DNA from: Dendrobates tinctorius | Taxonomy: Eukaryota | NCBI RefSeq assembly: GCF_039654945.1 | Contig: NW_027361684.1 | Span: 20,336,001-20,400,000, forward strand | Length of the DNA: 64,000 nucleotides | Reading direction: 5' to 3' | Shown: piece by piece, positions 58,335-64,000 of the stretch | How the letters are laid out: each line of letters begins with the position of its first letter | Position numbering within the stretch: the stretch's first letter is position 1 | The notes under the pieces: generated by a model | Told to the model about the DNA's origin: nothing | The model's input: the letters and a program-made list of their open reading frames with translations, nothing else | The model's database searches: none | Position numbers and translations under genes: made by a program

Positions 58335-60228
58335 TTTTGGTAGATCGGACTTTTACGAATGCAGCAAAACCAAATATGCATATTTTTTTTTTTATTTAAT
58401 TTTTATTTTGACACTTTTTTTGGTGCTGAAAACGCCCCCCTCGGCTTATACACGAGTCAATTGTCGCAGAAAGATGTGGGGGAGGGGGAGCGGCGGAGCA
58501 GCTAGTCACAGAGGCAGGAGCCGGCGGCTGTGGCTAAAGCCTGTGTCGCTGCTGTAATAGTGCACAGTGCCAGCTGCAGCCACCGGCTTCCAGCACACAT
58601 CCTACTTGCCTACCTGCACGCCCTCGCTGCTGGCAGTGCATCTCTTTTTTTCCGGCGCCAGCAGCTCTTCCGGCTGAGCAATCACGTGGCCCCGCTCATT
58701 AAGGGAATGAATATACACACCTCTCCACTCCCATAGGCGTGGAAGGAATATTCATTACCTTAATGATCGGGCCACGTGATCGCTCAGCTGGAAGAGCTGC
58801 TGGCATCGGCGGCCAGAACATGATGCAGTGCCAGTGAGGATGCGCAGGCAGGTAAATAGGATGTTTTCTCCTTCGCCTCATTGGGGGACACAGGACTGTG
58901 GGTGTATGCTACTGCCGCCTGGAGGCTGACACTAAGTGAATGAAAAAAAGGTTAGCTCCTCCGCAGTATACACCCTCGCCTCAGTTGCAGGCGAAACTAG
59001 TTCTTGCGTAGTGTCCGATGGAGGCACACATCTGGCCTTTTTTCCAGACTGTCATTTTTTCCTTCGTCCATGAAGATGAGACAGGGCCGACAGACCCTAC
59101 TGAAAGGGTTCGATCTCCCCAAACCAACAACGGGCGAGCACGTGCGAGTGTCGCCTCCACGTATCCTCTCCCGCAACGTAGGACATGATGCCAGACTGAG
59201 CCCTGACCACCCTAAGGTATTGAAACCCTAGGCTGTACAGAGGCCTACGAATAGTTCGTGCGGCCCCCACTGCATCACCAACGCCAGACAGCGGTGATGG
59301 AAGGTGGAAGACGGTCCCTCTCCTCATCCCCTATAGGGAAGATAGAGTTAGGGTGCCTGCACCGTCCTTAATCTTTTTTCAGCCCCCCTTCCCTCCCTAA
59401 CCTGAGGTTCAACTCGACTTCCTGGGGTGAGGCGTGGAAGGAGGTGGGCTGGGAGGGCTCCTATAGACCCCCGGGGTCGGCATTGCTGGTGGCTTCGGTT
59501 TTTCTGGCCATATCCTCGGGCTTCCGCGTGGTACAGGGTGTACCACACAGCTGTGGCAGTCGGCAGTGCATTTCCTGACCAGGCCCCTGTTTCTCGAGGT
59601 CCCGGGTCCGGGTGCACGCCGAAAATTTAGTCCCCGGCTTCTGCCAGAGCTAGGCTGCGGACAGAAGCTCCGCCCCATGACGTCACCGGCGGTCGCCTCT
59701 TCTTCCGAGGGCCCGCCCACATGCCGAGGCGCGCTTTTTTGAAAAAGGAGCAGCTGTTCGGCAGGATGAACGCCTAAGGGGATCCAGGACTGGGAACACA
59801 GGACTGGGGTAAGTGCAACCCCTGAAGGAGGAAGGCCACCCTCTGTTTTTGCCATAGGCTAAGCGGTTTTTGCACCCCCCCCGGCATATCACTTAACAGG
59901 TCCACCATGTCCAGAAAAGCTAAGACGCACACGTTTCTGTACGTTGCGTGCACCTCCTGTCGGGCCGCCTTCCCACATGCACAAAGTAAGCAGATTTGTG
60001 AAGCTTGCGATTCTGAATGTGCCCAGGAGCCCTCCCCTGCGACCGAGCCCAGTGTACTTAGCCCCCCGGCATGGGCCCTCTCTCTGTCGCAGTCCATGAC
60101 ATCACTTACGAGAGCAATCGAGTCCCTTCGAGCCCCAGATAGGGGCAGTGTTAGCGGCTCGCCTGTCTTAGAGGGGTCCTCCACCTCACAGGAGCCTCCG
60201 GCTTGCAGGGGCCGCTCTCACTCTAGGC

Positions 60229-60414
60229 CAGTGTTTCTCAACTCCAGTCCTCAAGACCCACCAACAGGTCATGTTTTCAGGATTTCCTTAGTATTGCACA
60301 GGTGATGGAATTAATGCTTGAGCAGGTGTTGAAATTATCCCCTGTGCAATACTAAGGATATCCTGAAAACTTGACCTGTTGGTGGGCCTTGAGGACTGGA
60401 GTTGAGAAACACTG
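60229..60414. mobile_element. hAT (Charlie-like) MITE inserted in DIRS gag
   Basis: TIR cagtgtttctcaactccagtcctcaag, exact inverse at right; perfect 8-bp TSD ctctaggc. Confidence 0.92.
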
Positions 60415-61524
60415 CTCTAGGCAGACACGGGGGAAACGAACCCACACAGCGTCTCCTGGTCCATCTTGTGCTTCGGCATCCATAAGCTCTGCCTCTCGCT
60501 CACCTTCACCAGTAGTCGATAACGAGCAAAGCTCAGATTACGACTCGGACGAGCCGCTTGATTTGGGTACTCCAGAGTACCGGGAAACAGTTAAGTCTCA
60601 TTGAGGCCGTCAACCAGACTCTTGGGATTGAAGATGATTCCACCTTGTCCTCAGGTCACAAAGTGTCATTTAAGCGAGTAAAGCGGCCTCAGAGTATTTA
60701 GCTCTCACCCCGAGTTTGAGGACATTGTGCCATAACACAGGGAACGGCCAGACAAGCGTTTCTCAGGCCAGAAGGCGCTCAAGGCGAGGTACCCGTTCGC
60801 CCCTGATCTCCATAATAAATGGGCAGAGTCCCCAACGGTAGATCCACCTGTGTCGCGCTTGGCCTCTAAAACCCTGTTATCCATACCTAGTGGATCCTCT
60901 ATCAAGGATCCCACTGACCATCTCATAGAGATCCTGGCTCGCTCAGTGTTTGAGGCATCCGGTTCAGCACTCTCCCCCTCATTCGCGGCAACTTGGGTAG
61001 CAAAGGCCATGATTGCTTCGTCAGAATCATTGAACAGAGCCTTGCAGGGTATGGACCTACCAGCAGAGGTATCAGAGATCGCAAATCAAATCACTTTGGC
61101 CGGAGACTACTTAATCAATGCCTCTTTGGATGCGGCAGCTGCGCATCACTCGCGGCAAATGCGATCTCCATTAGGAGGGCTTTATGGTTGAGGACATGGC
61201 GGGCAGACTCAACCTCCAAGAAATCCCTGACTTCCTTGCCTTATCAGAGCAGACGCCTATTCAGAGAGAAGTTAGATCAGCTCATCTCTGACTCCACGGG
61301 TGGAAAGAGCAGTTTTCTCCCTCAGCAAAGGGTCAAACAGCCATTTTGTCACCAACTTCAGGCACGGTTTCGGTCCTTTCGCAACCCCGGGTGGGCTGCA
61401 GCAACCAATCCCGCCACTTCAGGTTGTCCCAGCCAGGGCAGGGATCAGCAGGTTTCATATAGAACCAACCCGTTGGGGAGTATGCGTACCCACCAGCCCA
61501 GGTCCCAGAGATCTTCAGCCAAAT

Positions 61525-63405
61525 GACTCGAGGAAATGTCAGGGCGACACCAGCAAGGTAGGCGTTCGCCTGCTTTGGTTTCGCCACACCTGACTCTGTC
61601 ACACATGACACATGGGTAAGAGAGTCCTCGGGGTACAAGGTAGAATTTGTCAGGTACCCCCCAAGACAGTTTTTTCTTTTCCGTCCTCCCAAGGTAGTTG
61701 CCCGGGCAAGGGCTTTACTCAAGGCCAAGAATTGCTCCAGCACAATGGAGTCATTGTTCCCCTACCGGAGAACGAAAAATTTCAGGGGTTCTACTCCAAC
61801 CTGTTCACGGTTCCCAAGAAAGATGGAGTCTTCAGGCCCATTCTGGACCTAAAGCTCCTGAACAAATTTATCAGGATCAGACATTTCCGGATGGAGTCTT
61901 TCTGTTCAGTCATATCTGCCATGGAGCGGGGAGAATATTTGGCCTCTATCAACATCCAAGACGCCTACTTGCACATCCCCATCTTTCCCCCGCACCAAAG
62001 GTTTCTGCACTTCGCCATCAGCGGCCTACATTTTCAGTTCGCAGCACTGCCCTTCGGGCTGGCCACTGCTCCCAGAGTGTTCACAAAGGTCATGGCGGTT
62101 GTCATGGCCATTCTGCACTCCCAGGGCATAGTCGTCTTTCCTTATTTAGATGACCTCTTGGTCAAGAGCCCTTCATTGCAGGCATGCGAGGAGAGTGTCA
62201 GCCTCACGCTAGATACTCTTTCCCGCTTAGGGTGGTTGGTGAATCTGAAAAAGTCATCCCCTGTTCCAGCTCAGAGGATTTCCTTCTTAGGAATGATCTT
62301 TGACACTTCCCGAGAGTTGGTAATTCTCCCTCAGGACAAGGCCCTAGCTCTCCGACAGGGAGTCCGGAGACTTCGCCAACCAGTCCCTCATACCATCCTT
62401 TTCTGCATGAGGATCCTAGGAAGAATGGTGGCAGCAATGGAAGCGGACCCGTTTTCCCAGCTCCATCTTCGCCCCCTGCAGCATGCCCTCTTGTCAGCTT
62501 GGGACGAAAACCCATTCTCTCTCGATCGCCGGTGCCAGTTGTCCGCGCAGTTCAGACAGGCATTCGGGTGGTGGACAACTAGTTCTTCACTTCTCCAGGG
62601 CAAACCTTTTCCCCCAGACCATTGGCTGGTGGTCACAACCGATGCCAGCCTCCTCGGCTGGGGAGCGGTCTTTCGTCATCACACGACCCAGGGGCGGTGG
62701 TCTTCGCAAGCGGCACGCCTCCCGATCAACCTGTTAAAAATTCGGACAATCCGGCTAGCTCTGCAACAGTTTCATCACCTTCTAGCAGGCCGCCCTGTTC
62801 GGATTCAATCAGACAACGCCACGGCTGTGGCTTACATAAATCATCAGGGGGGCACCCACAGCAGGGCAGCCATGCACGAGGTAGGGAACGTTCTTCACTG
62901 GGCCGAGAGAAGCCACTCGGCGATGTTGGCTGTCCACATCCCGGGTGTAGAGAACTGGGCGGCAGACTTACTCAGCTGGCGGGGTCTCGCGTCCGGGGAA
63001 TAGTCACTACACCCCGAGGTCTTCCGGCAAATTATCCAGCATTGGGGAACGCCGGATGTGGACCTCCAGGGTGAACGCCAAGGTGCCCGCGTTTGTCGCT
63101 CGGTCCCGGGACCCGCAGGCAATTGCTGTGGAAGCATTGGTTCTGCCATGGAACCAGTTTCGCCTCCCGTAGCTATTTCCCCCGCTGCCACTACTTCCGA
63201 GAGTCATCAAGAAGATCAAGGCAGAAGGGGGTTCCAGTGATTCTGCTGGCCCCAGATTGGCCTCGTCGGGCGTGGTACGCAGACCTCGTACAGCTACTCG
63301 CCGACGTTCCCTGGCGCCTGCCAGAGCGCCCAGACCTACTTTCCCAGGGCCTGATCTACCACCCGAACTCGGGGGCCCTGTGTTTCACGGCTTGGCCGTT
63401 GAATC
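61525..63405 (+). pseudogene. DIRS RT-RNase H-methyltransferase remnant (longest open part 61612-63003)
   Basis: [29 protein letters not shown]; TAG at 63001-63003 and frameshifts. Confidence 0.88.
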
Positions 63406-64000
63406 TCGGATTCTTACCCAGGCTGGGTTCGGCCGCAATGTGGTTGCTACAATGGCTAGTGCCTGGAAGCCTGCCTCAGCACGTATTTATCACTACACCT
63501 GGAAGGTTTTCTTCACCTGGTGTCGGGACCACGGTTCTCCACTGAGATTTTCTATTCCCAACATCTGAGCCTTTCTCCAGTCTGGCCTAGACTCAGGCTT
63601 GGCCCCATGTTCCCTCAGGAGACAAATATCGGCCTTATCCATCCTGTTTCAGCACAGGATTGCTACCAATCTGCAAGTAAAGACTTTCATCCAGGGAGTC
63701 TCCGACTTGGTACCTCCCTATAGGGCGCCCCTGGACGCCTGGGACCTTAACCTGGTCCTAAATGTTCTGCAGGAAGCTCCATTTGAACCGCTACAGGATG
63801 TCTCTTTAGTATACCTTTCCTGGAAGGTAGTGTTTCTTGTGGCGATAACATCAATCAGGCGGGTCTCGGAGCTGGCAGCTCTCTCCTGCCGAGCCCTGTT
63901 TCTGATCTTCCACAAGGATAAGGTGGTTCTCAGACCAGCTCCTCCTTTTCTGCCGAAGGTCGTTTCCTCATTTCACATTAATGAGGATATTGTCTTGCCC

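Larger units (their letters stand above)
58864..64000 (+). mobile_element. Second DIRS1-type retrotransposon (different family), decayed, runs off the window; KIAA0753 intron 9
   Basis: Left end ttttctccttcgcctcattgggggacacagga like the first DIRS; gag from 59907 (CTSC...CEAC), [60 protein letters not shown]. Confidence 0.93.

Noticed and set aside
61612-63003. 463-aa ORF as a functional or domesticated reverse transcriptase
   Set aside because: Frameshifted at its 5' end, premature TAG before the MT domain, and gag is disrupted by stops and a hAT MITE.

Overview
Eukaryotic, intron-rich vertebrate DNA, most likely a frog (inferred from the repeat spectrum: DIRS1, L2, V-SINE, T2/Kolobok-, Harbinger-, hAT-, Tc1/Tc2-type elements). 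Three host genes can be built exon by exon with GT-AG junctions and matching phases: MED31 (+, 4 exons, 129 aa), TXNDC17/TRP14 (-, 4 exons, 123 aa, WCPDC active site) and the 5' ~554 codons (9 exons) of KIAA0753/Moonraker (+), which runs past the window end. MED31 and TXNDC17 are convergent; TXNDC17 and KIAA0753 are head-to-head, the arrangement I recall for human 17p13. The rest is a dense, nested transposon landscape. It includes a full-length decayed IR/DR-type Tc1; a full-length DIRS1 retrotransposon (ITRs + ICR) ending 20 nt upstream of a KIAA0753 splice acceptor and interrupted by a young L2 LINE with an intact 1038-codon ORF and an N-terminal 2A-like GDISPNPGP motif; a V-SINE sharing that L2's 3' tail; a tandem Helentron-like dimer containing a minisatellite, a telomere-repeat-bearing MITE and a solo LTR; a non-autonomous Helitron; and a second DIRS1. 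No clearly new gene system is demonstrable from sequence alone. The best leads are the L2 (2A-like motif, repeat-built leader, SINE partner), the DIRS insertion at a host splice acceptor, candidate DIRS leader introns, and the nested Helentron/telomeric-MITE stack. Comparisons to human proteins are from memory, not from a search.
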